Shown here piece after piece: positions 1 to 10,749 of a DNA stretch of 64,000 nucleotides. Numbering within the stretch: position 1 is the stretch's first letter; every line of letters starts with the position of its first letter. The DNA is taken from positions 19,562-83,561 of the forward strand of contig JAVZPM010000001.1 of the NCBI GenBank assembly GCA_038881595.1. Reading direction: 5' to 3'. The notes under the pieces were generated by a model. That model had not been told where the DNA came from, made no database searches, and saw nothing but the letters and a program-made list of their open reading frames with translations. The translations under genes were made by a program, and so were the position numbers. Origin of the DNA: Candidatus Micrarchaeia archaeon. Lineage in GTDB: Archaea > Micrarchaeota > Micrarchaeia > CABMEP01.

Positions 1-1260
1 ACCATCGAAATAAAATGAACCTAAATTCTGAACATTATTCGTTCTTATTCCTATAATGTCAACCGTATCTGAAGCAGTCGGATTTGTATAAAGATTTAGC
101 CATGCACCTGATCCACTATAAGTTGAAATCGTTGTTGTAGCGCTTGTACATTGCGGAGCACATGACCTTACAGATAAAGTTGAGCCGCTGCCTCCATCTG
201 TATCCCAAACTAACCTACCTGAATTACCATCTGGTAGCCATGCAAAATCTGCAAGAAAAGAATTTATCGCATCAACTGCGGTATCTATATTAGATGTTAC
301 AGACCAAGATGCACCATTCCAATATGCTGTACCAAGATCAGAAGCGCTATCTACAAATACTGCCTGCATAGTATTTGAAACTGGATTTGGAATTAAATCT
401 AACCAGTATGCATCTGCCGCATCTAGTGGATCAATATCAAAATCCGGACTATTTACCCATGTAGTTCCACTCCAGTAATAAGTAGCTATATTTCCTGTTG
501 TTCCGTCTCCTGCAGCAACCATCCCTTGATTTCCACTATAAGTATAAGCTACAGCTATTGCTTTGTAACCCCCTGTAGATGGAGCATTAGCTGTGATTTC
601 TTGAATATTTCCAAATGAATTTCCATTCCACACATATGCAACCGCATCAGTACTCGTAGAATCAAATCCAACAAATATTATCTCCTCACTATTTGTTGGT
701 TTTCTAGCAGCTTCAACCCAAGTATATTGAATATCATTTGTTTGTGTTGTATCGTCAATACATATTTCTGGGCCAAATGTTGTTTCGTTTGCAAGCATCA
801 CACGATAAGCTAAATCACAAGTAGTACTTGCACTTACAATTGAATAGACAACTATAAGATCTCCAGTTGAAGTTTCATATTCAAAATCAAATCTTCTTGA
901 TGAAGTAGCTGGTGCTGTTGTCCATACTTGACCGAAATTATTAGTAATGTTCCATTCCACTCCATCAAATGACACATATGCGTCTAAATAACCGTCATCG
1001 CTTTGTGTAATAATTACTCTCTTAGGAGAAACTGGTGAGTATTTTATTAAGGCATATCTTATAGGGGATCCAGCTGTTGGGAGTTCAAATTCTGCACTGT
1101 AACTACCTGTACCAGCTGATGACCAATTTTTTAATTTAGGACTACTAGTTGTAAATGTTCCTGTATTAGAACGATAGACTGCAGTTCCATTTGTTGCATA
1201 AATTAACGAAGTGATTAATATGGACAGTATAAATAAACTTAAAATTTTTAACTTTAACAT
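1..1260 (-). CDS. Secreted Ser/Thr/Trp-rich surface protein (adhesin/beta-propeller-like), runs off the window edge
   Basis: Not in ORF track; ATG at 1260 reads MLKLKILSLFILSILITSLIYATNGTAVYRSN and stays open to base 1; signal peptide, recurring W-N/S-G-x-x-W motifs; start overlaps upstream stop. Confidence 0.75.
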   Translation of the reverse strand, partial: MLKLKILSLFILSILITSLIYATNGTAVYRSNTGTFTTSSPKLKNWSSAGTGSYSAEFELPTAGSPIRYALIKYSPVSPKRVIITQSDDGYLDAYVSFDGVEWNITNNFGQVWTTAPATSSRRFDFEYETSTGDLIVVYSIVSASTTCDLAYRVMLANETTFGPEICIDDTTQTNDIQYTWVEAARKPTNSEEIIFVGFDSTSTDAVAYVWNGNSFGNIQEITANAPSTGGYKAIAVAYTYSGNQGMVAAGDGTTGNIATYYWSGTTWVNSPDFDIDPLDAADAYWLDLIPNPVSNTMQAVFVDSASDLGTAYWNGASWSVTSNIDTAVDAINSFLADFAWLPDGNSGRLVWDTDGGSGSTLSVRSCAPQCTSATTTISTYSGSGAWLNLYTNPTASDTVDIIGIRTNNVQNLGSFYFDG

Positions 1261-2309
1261 GGATTCACCACAAATGAATAATTTACATGATAAATTGAAT
1301 AATTAGCATAAACTGTGTAAGAACCTGGCATGCCTGTTGCATTCCATACTTCTGAATAAGATCCAATTGAATCTACCTGAACAAGCTTTGGATAACCTGG
1401 CATACTTCCAGAAGAATTCCTTAAATCTAAAGTAATGTTAGAGTAAGGAATCCATCCTGTTGTAGTTATCTGAACTAATGGTGGCATTGAAAAGATTGTG
1501 GATGGAACTGAATATCCTGAATCTTTGTAGGTTTCAAGAAGAATATATGATACATTTGAAGTAGGTCCTCCGCATGTCTGAATATTTAAGATTATTGGAA
1601 CTATAACACTATAATTAGAAGAATTGAATAAAATATTTCCTGTAAACATACCTATTGTATTTGCAGAGATATTGAATGTGATGTTCGCTTCTCTACTTTC
1701 AGTAGTTGGAATACTAAATGAATAAGAAGAGAGAGAAACATTAACATAAGGTGAATTGAAACTAACTTGTGCATCTACTTGTATTGCATCTTGATTATTG
1801 TTAATGATTTGAATTGTATCATTTAAATATTGCGGAGAAGATGAACTGCATAATTGTAGGGAAACAAAATATTTTGATAAAGAAAATTGAGCTATCCCAA
1901 CTGAAACCGAACCACCATAGGAAGTAAATACAACTTCGTGTGATCCGGGAGTTGCGGATATCTTTCCAGTGATTGGGAAGTTTAATGGATATGACAGATC
2001 TGTTCCTTCAAAAACTATACGTAATGTATTATTAACTATCTCTCCATCTCCTGAAATACCATTTGGAAACACTATTCTTTTAATAACTTTAGCTCCTGCT
2101 CCTTGCTGATATGCCTGTGTTGCACCATCCGCAATTTCTTTTAATGCAAGCTTTGCCTGCTCAAGTCTTTGTTGTTTATTTACAATCGATAATTGTTCAT
2201 TAGCAACATAAACCACAATTGCAAAAAATATGATTGTAAATGAAAATAAGATTATATATTCCAGTCCACCTTGGCCTTTCTTTTTATCTATTTTCAACAT
2301 CAGCATCAC
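1254..2309 (-). CDS. Class III signal peptide (pilin-like) protein with Ig-like C-terminal region
   Basis: KKKGQGGLEYIILF: basic residues, G|Q cleavage site, E at +5, then hydrophobic helix. Confidence 0.75.
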   Translation of the reverse strand: MMLMLKIDKKKGQGGLEYIILFSFTIIFFAIVVYVANEQLSIVNKQQRLEQAKLALKEIADGATQAYQQGAGAKVIKRIVFPNGISGDGEIVNNTLRIVFEGTDLSYPLNFPITGKISATPGSHEVVFTSYGGSVSVGIAQFSLSKYFVSLQLCSSSSPQYLNDTIQIINNNQDAIQVDAQVSFNSPYVNVSLSSYSFSIPTTESREANITFNISANTIGMFTGNILFNSSNYSVIVPIILNIQTCGGPTSNVSYILLETYKDSGYSVPSTIFSMPPLVQITTTGWIPYSNITLDLRNSSGSMPGYPKLVQVDSIGSYSEVWNATGMPGSYTVYANYSIYHVNYSFVVNPC

Positions 2310-2345
2310 TCATCTATTTTTTTAAATTCCATTAGCTTTTAATGA

Positions 2346-3674
2346 TTAAAGTTTTCTTTCCGAAGAGCCAAAAAATAATCTCTCATTTGGGTAGATAACT
2401 ATTCCTCTATTTGTAAATGCAAATGGTCTTGCAACCTCTGTATGATTTACACCTGTCATCTTCCATATTTCTATACCTCTAATCTGAACCCCTTCTGATG
2501 ATCTCTTATGGATCATATAAACTATTCCATCAGCAAGAAACTCTGCCACTGCTGTAGACGGATTAGAAGGAAGATCAGAAGACCATTCATTGAGAAGTAA
2601 GGTAGTCACATTAAATTTCTTAAATACACTGAAAAGCCTTACTAATGCCAATCTTGCCTTGTACGGATCATTGAATTGCATGAGATAGGGAGTTATTGTA
2701 TCAACAACTACTCTCTTGATATTGTAGCTTGTTATTATGTCATATAGAGTTCCACCTTCCTCTTGCATGATCTTTGCAACTTCATGAGGTTGGTATTCTA
2801 AAAAGAAGAAAAGATTTTTGTCCTCAAGTTTTTGAAAATCCATTCCAAAATTTAGCATTCTAGAATATATGGTTTCTCTTGATTCTCCGAAACTTATGAA
2901 GAGGCCTGCCTCTCCATTTTTTGCTGCCTCGTACAGAAATTGTAAGCCAAAAATTGTTTTTCCACTTCCCGCATTACCATTGATCAGCACAACTGATCTC
3001 TCTTCTATTCCTCCTCCGCACATCTCATCAAAGCCAGGAATTCCTGTTTTTATTAATTTTGGTTTTTCTGCTTCAACTCGAGGCTTCTTTATTGTTGCTA
3101 ATGTTTTTATTGTTTGAATATCTGTTTCTGGAACTCCATAACTGACTTTCTTAATCTCTTTTTCTAACTTTGCAACCTTTTTTTCTTCATTTTTAGAAGG
3201 GACTGATTCATGTAAAATTGATTTTATTTCAGCATTTTCTTTAAATTCTGATTTTGGTGTAATTATGTGTTCGATATGTGGTTCCTTTTCCGCAATTTTT
3301 CTTTTTTGGGGTGCGTATTCTATCTCTTTTATTTCTTCCAGTATTTTCTCAATTGCTTCTTTGTGTGACTTTATCTCTTCTTCTTTTTTAACATTTTTAA
3401 TTGTCTTTGATTTCTTCTTCATCTTCAATGACTTAGTTGGCTTTTGATTGATTGATTGTTTTTTATTTTTCTTTGTTTTTTCTACTTTCTTTTTGATTTC
3501 ACTATTTTGTTTTAAATTTTTCTTTATTTTTCCAAAAAAGTTAGATTTAGTTTTTGAAGTTTTAGTCTTATCTTCTTTTTGCCTAGTCTTGCCTACTCTT
3601 TTTTTATCCTCTTTTTTCTTAGGAATATTGAACAAATTTAAATTCAAATTAAGGCCTTCTTTTTTCTTAGTCAT
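2346..3674 (-). CDS. KaiC/RAD55-family RecA-like ATPase with long Lys-rich N-terminal extension
   Basis: KTGIPGFDEMCGGG, Walker A GNAGSGKT, RVVVDT, EFLADG, RGIEIWKM. Confidence 0.85.
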   Translation of the reverse strand: MTKKKEGLNLNLNLFNIPKKKEDKKRVGKTRQKEDKTKTSKTKSNFFGKIKKNLKQNSEIKKKVEKTKKNKKQSINQKPTKSLKMKKKSKTIKNVKKEEEIKSHKEAIEKILEEIKEIEYAPQKRKIAEKEPHIEHIITPKSEFKENAEIKSILHESVPSKNEEKKVAKLEKEIKKVSYGVPETDIQTIKTLATIKKPRVEAEKPKLIKTGIPGFDEMCGGGIEERSVVLINGNAGSGKTIFGLQFLYEAAKNGEAGLFISFGESRETIYSRMLNFGMDFQKLEDKNLFFFLEYQPHEVAKIMQEEGGTLYDIITSYNIKRVVVDTITPYLMQFNDPYKARLALVRLFSVFKKFNVTTLLLNEWSSDLPSNPSTAVAEFLADGIVYMIHKRSSEGVQIRGIEIWKMTGVNHTEVARPFAFTNRGIVIYPNERLFFGSSERKL

Positions 3675-3786
3675 ATTATGAATTTAATATGTAGATTTAA
3701 AAATCTAATTTAAATAGGCGTTTATAGAAAAAGATGAATAAGATAGAAAAAATAGGAAAAAGAATTAATTATAATAAAGAAAATAT

Positions 3787-4104
3787 TTATTCTTTGGAAA
3801 CGGATTCAATCCAAGCCATTATCTGGGGAAGAGACATTACTCCGATTCTTCCACTTACCGGCTTTCCATCTTTGAAAAGCACCATTGTTGGAATACTTGA
3901 TACTCCAAATAAAGCTGCTAATGATTGATTCTCATCTACATTCACTTTTATAACTTTTACCTTACCTGTTTTGTCAACTTCTTCAAGTATAGGGGCTAAC
4001 ATTCTGCATGGACCACACCATGGAGCCCAAAAATCAACAAGAACCATTCCTTTTGATTTCATTACTTCTTCTTCGAAGTTTTGTTCGTTTATTTCTTTTG
4101 GCAT
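3787..4104 (-). CDS. trxA: Thioredoxin
   Basis: DFWAPWCGPC active site, 105 aa. Confidence 0.95.
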   Translation of the reverse strand: MPKEINEQNFEEEVMKSKGMVLVDFWAPWCGPCRMLAPILEEVDKTGKVKVIKVNVDENQSLAALFGVSSIPTMVLFKDGKPVSGRIGVMSLPQIMAWIESVSKE

Positions 4105-4244
4105 TATCCCACCTATTTAAAATAAAGTAAGTAATAATGGTGCATAAAGTATCATAAAGCTTTGCTCAAAAACGAAAAATGAGATTGTTACATTGCAAAA
4201 ATAGAAATAAAAATATAAATGGCTTATTGAAATTGATTTAAAAT

Positions 4245-4628
4245 TTAGGAAACTATCTTTGCATTTACAACTCCATCCTGACCAGGTCTACTTGTTACTT
4301 TTGCTTTTCCTACTTCTGTTTCTATTATAACTCCCTTAGTTATTATGTTCATTCTCTTGTAGTTTGGATTATTTGGAGAATCAAGTACTGATTTTATCTT
4401 TGCTCTTTTAATCTTGCCATCAGGCATTACGACATTTGCATATGCTGCATAAAGAGCGACTATTTTCTTAGATCCTCCTCTTTTTCTTGCCTTTACTCTT
4501 ACATCTGTATCACTGACTTTTGTTGATGCAAAGTGTCCTCCATAATGTGCAAGTTTCTTATCTCTATGTCTTGCAAATTTTGCACCTGTTTTTTTCTTAG
4601 TTTGTTTTGCTTCATGATACTGTTGCAT
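4245..4628 (-). CDS. rps8e: 30S ribosomal protein S8e
   Basis: NIITKGVIIETEVGKAKVTSRPGQDGVVNA; ATG 4628 preceded by AGGTGA RBS. Confidence 0.95.
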   Translation of the reverse strand: MQQYHEAKQTKKKTGAKFARHRDKKLAHYGGHFASTKVSDTDVRVKARKRGGSKKIVALYAAYANVVMPDGKIKRAKIKSVLDSPNNPNYKRMNIITKGVIIETEVGKAKVTSRPGQDGVVNAKIVS

Positions 4629-4799
4629 ATATTTCACCTATTTAAATGTAAATTAAGAAACTATGAGATTCAAATACAGAATCGTTAAATGATTTCTATT
4701 TAAATCTAGTTTATAGATTACTACAGATTAATTAAATATATATGCTATACTTTAAATGCTTTTCCTTTTATTCTTTTTTATCTATTAATTTTTTAGTAG

Positions 4800-5228
4800 G
4801 TGAATAAATTGGAAAAAATGGATATAGAGCTATTTGCTTCATCAAGTGATTTAAATAAAGAAAAAATTCTAGAATATTCAAGAAAATACAAATTCCAAGT
4901 GTTTGACTTAGATTCCGTAGTAAGCAGATTCCAACTAAAACTTGCTTATTATCATGCAATGACTGCGTTTAAGGAAAAAAGAAATATTACAAATGATTTT
5001 ATGTTAGAGTGGCTAGTTAGAGCATCTGGAAAAAGGCAGATAAAAAATGCTATAAATTACTTAGGGTTGAAAAATCCAAAGAGAATAGTAATAGGATTTG
5101 ATAGAAGTAAAACAGATATTAAAAAAGAAAAAATTCTTCAATTAATTAAAGGAAAAGAAATTGAATGGAAAGACAAAGACGATTTAAAAACAATAAGAGA
5201 TATGGTCGAATTAGAAACAGAGGAATAA
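4800..5228 (+). CDS. cgi121: KEOPS complex subunit Cgi121
   Basis: HAMTAF..RNITNDFMLEWLVRASGKRQIKNAI..LG; true start may be slightly downstream. Confidence 0.8.
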   Translation: MNKLEKMDIELFASSSDLNKEKILEYSRKYKFQVFDLDSVVSRFQLKLAYYHAMTAFKEKRNITNDFMLEWLVRASGKRQIKNAINYLGLKNPKRIVIGFDRSKTDIKKEKILQLIKGKEIEWKDKDDLKTIRDMVELETEE

Positions 5229-5229
5229 A

Positions 5230-5988
5230 TTATCTTTTCAACAAAGTTAATGCATCTTTTTTGTTAAAAGAGATAGGAGCATCTATTGTCTTAAGTATAT
5301 AATCCATCATTTCTACACCTATAGAAGGATCTATTTCTGAAAATCTTAAAGCAGCTACAGGATCTGCAGTTTTATCTAAAAGAAGATATAAATACAAACC
5401 TTCTCGTCCATATTGATTAAAGATTTTAAATCCGACAGAACCATACTTTTTCTTAATCTCTTCTGGCCCCATTTTGATGAATGTGGCGCTTTTCTTCTCT
5501 GCTAAAACCCACATTAGATTGTCGACATAATTGAGACCAGAAAAGGTATTAACAGCTAATTCAAGAACATCCACCTTTCCATCAATCATTTCATAAATCT
5601 TCTTTGCAGTTGGACCGAATTTAATAGTTAGCTCTGATATCAATGCGACAGAAGAAATGTTATCAAGCGGCACTTTCTTAGGTATGTCAACAAAAACAAT
5701 TTCTTTAGATTTTATTTCTTCAATCTCTGTCTTTTTCTCTTCGGGTTCTTCTAAATAAATGTACTTCCCTTTTAGTTTGTCTATTATTTCATAAACTTTT
5801 TCTTCTTGCATTGAAAGCTCTTTAGCAATTTCACTAACTGTGAGCTTTTTGTTTGCGAGTCTAAAAATTAAAACTGCATCCGAACCATAATCTAAGTATA
5901 TAGCTCTTTCAAGATCTGAAAGTGACTGTACATTAATATTTAATTCTTTATTGCTTCCCAAGCCTTGATCCATAAAATCACAAATCAC
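5230..5988 (-). CDS. Hypothetical protein with repeated winged-helix-like units
   Basis: Recurring (Y/F)G..a..i(y/f)...D/N....v.ela motif; LTVSEIAKELSM HTH. Confidence 0.6.
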   Translation of the reverse strand: MICDFMDQGLGSNKELNINVQSLSDLERAIYLDYGSDAVLIFRLANKKLTVSEIAKELSMQEEKVYEIIDKLKGKYIYLEEPEEKKTEIEEIKSKEIVFVDIPKKVPLDNISSVALISELTIKFGPTAKKIYEMIDGKVDVLELAVNTFSGLNYVDNLMWVLAEKKSATFIKMGPEEIKKKYGSVGFKIFNQYGREGLYLYLLLDKTADPVAALRFSEIDPSIGVEMMDYILKTIDAPISFNKKDALTLLKR

Positions 5989-6126
5989 AATACAAACTTG
6001 TTATATGATATAATTCATCAAATTAATATGTTTTAAAATTAACATTTAAATTATTATGTGTATAACTATTGTTAGTTATAATTAGATATGATTGTTTTTC
6101 TTCAACATCATCAAATAGGCGATAAA

Positions 6127-6348
6127 ATGGAAAACGTTGATCTTAATGAAGAATACATAACAACAGGAATAGATAAATTCATGCGTTTACTTTACGAAAG
6201 GAAAAGAGTTGAAATATCACAAATAGCTAAGGAAATGAATGTGCCAGAAGAAACAATTGAATATTGGTCATATATTCTTGAAAATCAAGGTTTAGTAAAA
6301 ATTAGCTATACTCTCGCTTCAATATATATAGAATGGATCTCAGGCTAA
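6127..6348 (+). CDS. Small winged-helix protein upstream of the pilus ATPase
   Basis: ISQIAKEMNVPEETIEYWSYILENQGLVKI HTH/wing pattern; ATG 6127 preferred over 6088. Confidence 0.65.
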   Translation: MENVDLNEEYITTGIDKFMRLLYERKRVEISQIAKEMNVPEETIEYWSYILENQGLVKISYTLASIYIEWISG

Positions 6349-6375
6349 CTATATTAACCACTCATTGGTGATTAA

Positions 6376-7986
6376 TTGAACGACAAGAATGAAAATAGAG
6401 AAGAACTTGAACTTATGAAAAAAGCGCTTGAAGAAAGGAGAGAGGAAAAAGTAGAGAAGATAAAAGAACATAAAAATGAAACAAGAGAAGAAAAGAAAAA
6501 AGAAATAGAAGAAAAAATACTTGAAAGATATTCTTTTGATGCACAAGGTATACCTGTAGAAGTAACGATCATAGATTCGAAGAAGTATTACACTCCACAA
6601 TACAATATTCAAATCCCACTAATTGCGGAAGGAACTAAACTCATCCTTAATGCCTTGAAAGCAGAACTCATAACAAAAGTTAAGATAGACATTGCAATGC
6701 TTACAGACCAAAGGCAAATGAAAGATATTCAAGCAAAATTCGAAGTTAAGGCTAATGAATTACTTGACAGACAATTCTCTGGCTTAACACCAGAAAAAAG
6801 AAAGGTTCTCTCATCGTACTTAATCCAGCATACGCTTGGATTAGGGGAGCTTGAAATATTAATGTCTGATGAAAACCTTGAGGATATTGTAATAAACAGT
6901 CCTGCAGAACCAATTCAAGTCTATCATAAAAGGCATGGCTGGTGTTCAACAAATCTTTGGATAAGAAGAGATGATACTGTTTATGAATATGCATCTAATA
7001 TAGGTAGGAGAGTTGGGAGACAAATAAATGTATTAAATCCTATAATGAATGCATATCTCCCAAGCGGGGATAGAGTAAATGCAACTCTTAGCCCCATCTC
7101 CACATTTGGAAACACACTTTCGATAAGAAAATTTGCAAAGAACCCATGGACTATTCCGTATCTTATTCAAGTAAAAACTGTAACTCCAGAGGTTGCGTCC
7201 CTATTATGGCTTTGCATACAGAACGAAATCTCATTAATAAGCAGCGGTGGTACTGGATCTGGTAAAACTTCTTTTCTTAACGCTCTTGCATGTATGATAC
7301 CTCCAAACCAGAGAATAATTTCGATAGAGGATACTAGAGAACTTACACTTCCAGACTTCCTACATTGGGTGGCTATGACTACTAGGGAACCAAATCCTGA
7401 AGGTAAGGGAGAAGTCACTATGCTAGATTTAATGATTAATGCATTGAGACAAAGACCAGATAGAATTATAGTAGGTGAAGTAAGAAGACAAAGGGAGGCT
7501 GAAGTACTTTTTGAAGCTATGCATACTGGACACTCAGTATATGCAACCATACATGCAGACAATGCAGAAGAATGTGTAAATAGATTAATTACTCCTCCAA
7601 TAAATATTCCTCAAAGTTCTCTACCTGCGCTTGGAGGAATAGTGACACAATACAGAAATAGAAGAACTGGTATAAGAAGGACGTTTGAATTTGCAGAAAT
7701 AACGAATGAAGGAAAAGCAAACGTAGTTTATAGATGGGATCCGAGAACAGACACAATGAAAGAAGAGAATGCAATAACTAGACTTGGAGAAACGCTCGCA
7801 CTTTACACAGGAATGACTGTTAAAGAAATGAAGATGGATCTATTAGACAAGACAAAAATACTTAAATGGATGGTTGCAAAGAAATATTTCGACATAAATA
7901 CAGTAGGAAGGATAACTGCAGAATACTATAAAAATAGTGATGAAATAATAGAATATGCAACTTCAAATAAAGATTGGTCGTTTTAA
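6376..7986 (+). CDS. Type IV pilus/Tad assembly ATPase (VirB11/CpaF/FlaI family)
   Basis: GGTGSGKT, SIEDTREL, LRQRPDRIIVGEVR, AMHTGH; TTG start with GGTGAT RBS. Confidence 0.92.
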   Translation: MNDKNENREELELMKKALEERREEKVEKIKEHKNETREEKKKEIEEKILERYSFDAQGIPVEVTIIDSKKYYTPQYNIQIPLIAEGTKLILNALKAELITKVKIDIAMLTDQRQMKDIQAKFEVKANELLDRQFSGLTPEKRKVLSSYLIQHTLGLGELEILMSDENLEDIVINSPAEPIQVYHKRHGWCSTNLWIRRDDTVYEYASNIGRRVGRQINVLNPIMNAYLPSGDRVNATLSPISTFGNTLSIRKFAKNPWTIPYLIQVKTVTPEVASLLWLCIQNEISLISSGGTGSGKTSFLNALACMIPPNQRIISIEDTRELTLPDFLHWVAMTTREPNPEGKGEVTMLDLMINALRQRPDRIIVGEVRRQREAEVLFEAMHTGHSVYATIHADNAEECVNRLITPPINIPQSSLPALGGIVTQYRNRRTGIRRTFEFAEITNEGKANVVYRWDPRTDTMKEENAITRLGETLALYTGMTVKEMKMDLLDKTKILKWMVAKKYFDINTVGRITAEYYKNSDEIIEYATSNKDWSF

Positions 7987-8008
7987 ATATAATTAACAAT
8001 GTGGTAAA

Positions 8009-8212
8009 ATGACTGGAGAAATAACAACTATACGAAAAAGTTTTACAGATACTATTAATGAAATAAAAGAAATGGAAAAACATAAAAAAGAAATACTACC
8101 AAAACAAATAGATGAAGAAGAAGAGGCAGTTGAGATCTTAACTATGGATTATGGAGAGGCTATTTCTGAGCTTAGAAGACTTTATTTAATAAAACGTCTT
8201 ACAAAGAAATAA
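8009..8212 (+). CDS. Small hypothetical protein within pilus operon
   Basis: 67-aa co-oriented ORF filling the gap between ATPase and TadC. Confidence 0.5.
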   Translation: MTGEITTIRKSFTDTINEIKEMEKHKKEILPKQIDEEEEAVEILTMDYGEAISELRRLYLIKRLTKK

Positions 8213-8248
8213 TTATAAAATAAACGATATATACTTATATACTAATGA

Positions 8249-9157
8249 TTGGAATCGAAAAGGAGTGAAGAAATGGAGGAAATAAAGATTGAAAGTGAAC
8301 CTAAAATTAAAGCAGAACAAGGCATTAAGCAAAGAGATCTTAAGGCTAACTTAATAAATTACACTAAATCTAAATTTCCTTGGTTAGAAAAAAAGATGAG
8401 AGAAGCAGGAATGACACAAACTGTGGATGAATTTGTTGAGAAATCATTGATAAAGGCTGGATTGCTCACTATCTCACTTATAATACTCACTTACATACTT
8501 TTCATGCTCCAGTCAGTTAATATTTTACTTCTCATTCCTATTGCAATAATATATATTCCACTTTCAGTGTTCTTATTTATTCAGCAACCAAAGGCATTGG
8601 CTTCAAGAAGAAGAAGAATGATAGATAAGGAGCTTCTCTTTGCAGGAAGGCATATGTGGATTGCATTGAAGGGAGGGTTGCCTTTATTTGACTCTATTGT
8701 TGCAATATCAAAAAGCAATTATGGAGAAGTCAGCAAGGAGTTCAACAAAATAGCTGAGAAAGTTTTCCTTGGTGTGCCTTTAGATACTGCAATGCAAGAG
8801 ACAATAGAGGACTGCCCTTCTCAATCATTCAAAAGACTAATTTTGCAGATAGTTAACTCTGTGAGATCAGGAGCAGATGTGGCAAATTCATTAGAAACTG
8901 TTTTAGACCAGATATCTAAAGAACAGGTAATAGAGATAAAGGAGTACGGACAGAAATTGAATCCATTAGTAATGTTTTATTTAGTTATGGGAATAATCTT
9001 CCCATCGTTAGGTATAAGTATAGGTATATTGTTATTATCATTTGCAGGTATAAAATTGACAGGTATAAATGTATGGGCATTGGTTCCTTTAATTGCAATA
9101 GTACAATATGCTTTCCTCTCATATATTGAATTAAGTAGACCAAGCTACGAGGTTTGA
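8249..9157 (+). CDS. Type II secretion system F / TadC-like membrane platform protein
   Basis: YGEVSKEFNKI..G.PLDTAM, RSGADVANSL, TM helices. Confidence 0.88.
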   Translation: MESKRSEEMEEIKIESEPKIKAEQGIKQRDLKANLINYTKSKFPWLEKKMREAGMTQTVDEFVEKSLIKAGLLTISLIILTYILFMLQSVNILLLIPIAIIYIPLSVFLFIQQPKALASRRRRMIDKELLFAGRHMWIALKGGLPLFDSIVAISKSNYGEVSKEFNKIAEKVFLGVPLDTAMQETIEDCPSQSFKRLILQIVNSVRSGADVANSLETVLDQISKEQVIEIKEYGQKLNPLVMFYLVMGIIFPSLGISIGILLLSFAGIKLTGINVWALVPLIAIVQYAFLSYIELSRPSYEV

Positions 9158-9161
9158 ATGT

Positions 9162-10157
9162 ATGCTTCCACTAGAAAAACAAATAGAGGCTTTAGGTAGA
9201 TTGCTTCAAAGAGATAATGTAAAAAAGATAGGAAAAAAAATTTCTGAAGCCGGAATAGAACTCGATCCTGAATATGCTGCAGGTTTGCTTATAATTTATT
9301 TTGTATTTTCACTAATTTTCTCATTCATGGTTTCTTACCTTGTTTTCAAAAATATAATACTTTTACTAATTTCATTTATTGTTATAAACATAATTCTTCT
9401 TGGTTTAATATATCAGTATATCGAGTTAAAGATAGATGAAAGAAGAACAGAAGTTGAAAAAGTGCTTCCGGATTTCTTGCAACTTGCTGCAGCAAATGTA
9501 AGAGCAGGCATGCAAATAGAAAAGGCTATTTGGTACGCTGCAAAGCCTGAGTTTGGACTTCTGTCAAAAGAAGTAGAGATCGCTTCTAAAAGAATATTTG
9601 GAGGAGAAACGATCAATGAGGCGCTTGACAAGCTTTCCGAAAGATTTAATTCTAGATATCTTGATAGGTCAATAGAACTTATAAAGGAAGGAATAGAATC
9701 TGGTGGAGAAATAGCAGGAATACTTGAAAAAACAGCAATGGATCTTAGAAATCAACAAATAATACATAAAGAAGTAAGAGCATCTATGATCATGTATTCT
9801 ATCTTCATAGGATTTAGTGCTGCAGTTGGTGCACCTTTCTTATATGTGGTTTCAAGTAAGCTCATAAATCTATTTGAAAAGCTCTGGGTCAGCCAACCTA
9901 CAACTGGAATCGCACTCAGCCAATACTCTCAGATTAATCCAACCTCACCTGCAATTACTTCTGCGGAGTTCAATCTCTTCGCTATAATAGTTGTAATAAT
10001 AACCAGTATTATAGCTACATTAATAATATCAGTTATAAATACTGGAAAGAAATCAAACTTTATAAAATACATCCTTCCTTTTCTAATTGTTTCTCTCGGA
10101 GTATTTTATGTTGGAAGATTCATAATAGACAGAATTTTCGGTGGAATATCTTTATAA
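9162..10157 (+). CDS. Type II secretion system F / TadB/C-like membrane platform protein
   Basis: LPDFLQLAAANVRAGM, EFGLLSKE, GIESGGEIAGIL. Confidence 0.88.
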   Translation: MLPLEKQIEALGRLLQRDNVKKIGKKISEAGIELDPEYAAGLLIIYFVFSLIFSFMVSYLVFKNIILLLISFIVINIILLGLIYQYIELKIDERRTEVEKVLPDFLQLAAANVRAGMQIEKAIWYAAKPEFGLLSKEVEIASKRIFGGETINEALDKLSERFNSRYLDRSIELIKEGIESGGEIAGILEKTAMDLRNQQIIHKEVRASMIMYSIFIGFSAAVGAPFLYVVSSKLINLFEKLWVSQPTTGIALSQYSQINPTSPAITSAEFNLFAIIVVIITSIIATLIISVINTGKKSNFIKYILPFLIVSLGVFYVGRFIIDRIFGGISL

Positions 10158-10257
10158 GCTAAAATTGTCTTTACTTTAAAATTAAAATTATCGTTTATAG
10201 AAAATTATAAATATTTGATTTGGTTATTTATTCTTAACTAAATGTTAAAGTGGGAAT

Positions 10258-10749
10258 ATGGAGTATAAAGAAAAGATTAATTCAGGTATAACTATTAAAA
10301 TAACAAAATCTAATACTAAACCTACTTTTAAATTTGAAGGAAAATCAGAGCCAATAATGGTTGTTAAAAGAGGTGATGAAGAAATCCATGTCAGAATAGG
10401 TGACACTGTAAAAATTGGGCCAGGAATATATAGAATAATCGAATATATCCCGATAAAAGAATGGAAAAATGAAATAACCGGTTCAAATTTTAATGCATCT
10501 GTCAAATGCAAACTTATAGGAGGAAGATTATTTTACGATTTGAAAAGGGTTTCTTATTATGATAAAAATACCCGTGAAACATTTATAGAATTGACACCAG
10601 AAACATTGAGTTATTTCATAATCTCAATACAAGAAAAAGCGGAAATAATGCGAAAGAAAAGAGAGGAACTTGCAAAGAAATTAGATGAATTAAATAAAAG
10701 AAAACAAATGAATATTCATTCAGAAGAAATAGAGGAAAAAAATCAATAA
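10258..10749 (+). CDS. Hypothetical protein
   Basis: 163-aa ORF, C-terminal coiled-coil-like region, no family recognised. Confidence 0.55.
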   Translation: MEYKEKINSGITIKITKSNTKPTFKFEGKSEPIMVVKRGDEEIHVRIGDTVKIGPGIYRIIEYIPIKEWKNEITGSNFNASVKCKLIGGRLFYDLKRVSYYDKNTRETFIELTPETLSYFIISIQEKAEIMRKKREELAKKLDELNKRKQMNIHSEEIEEKNQ

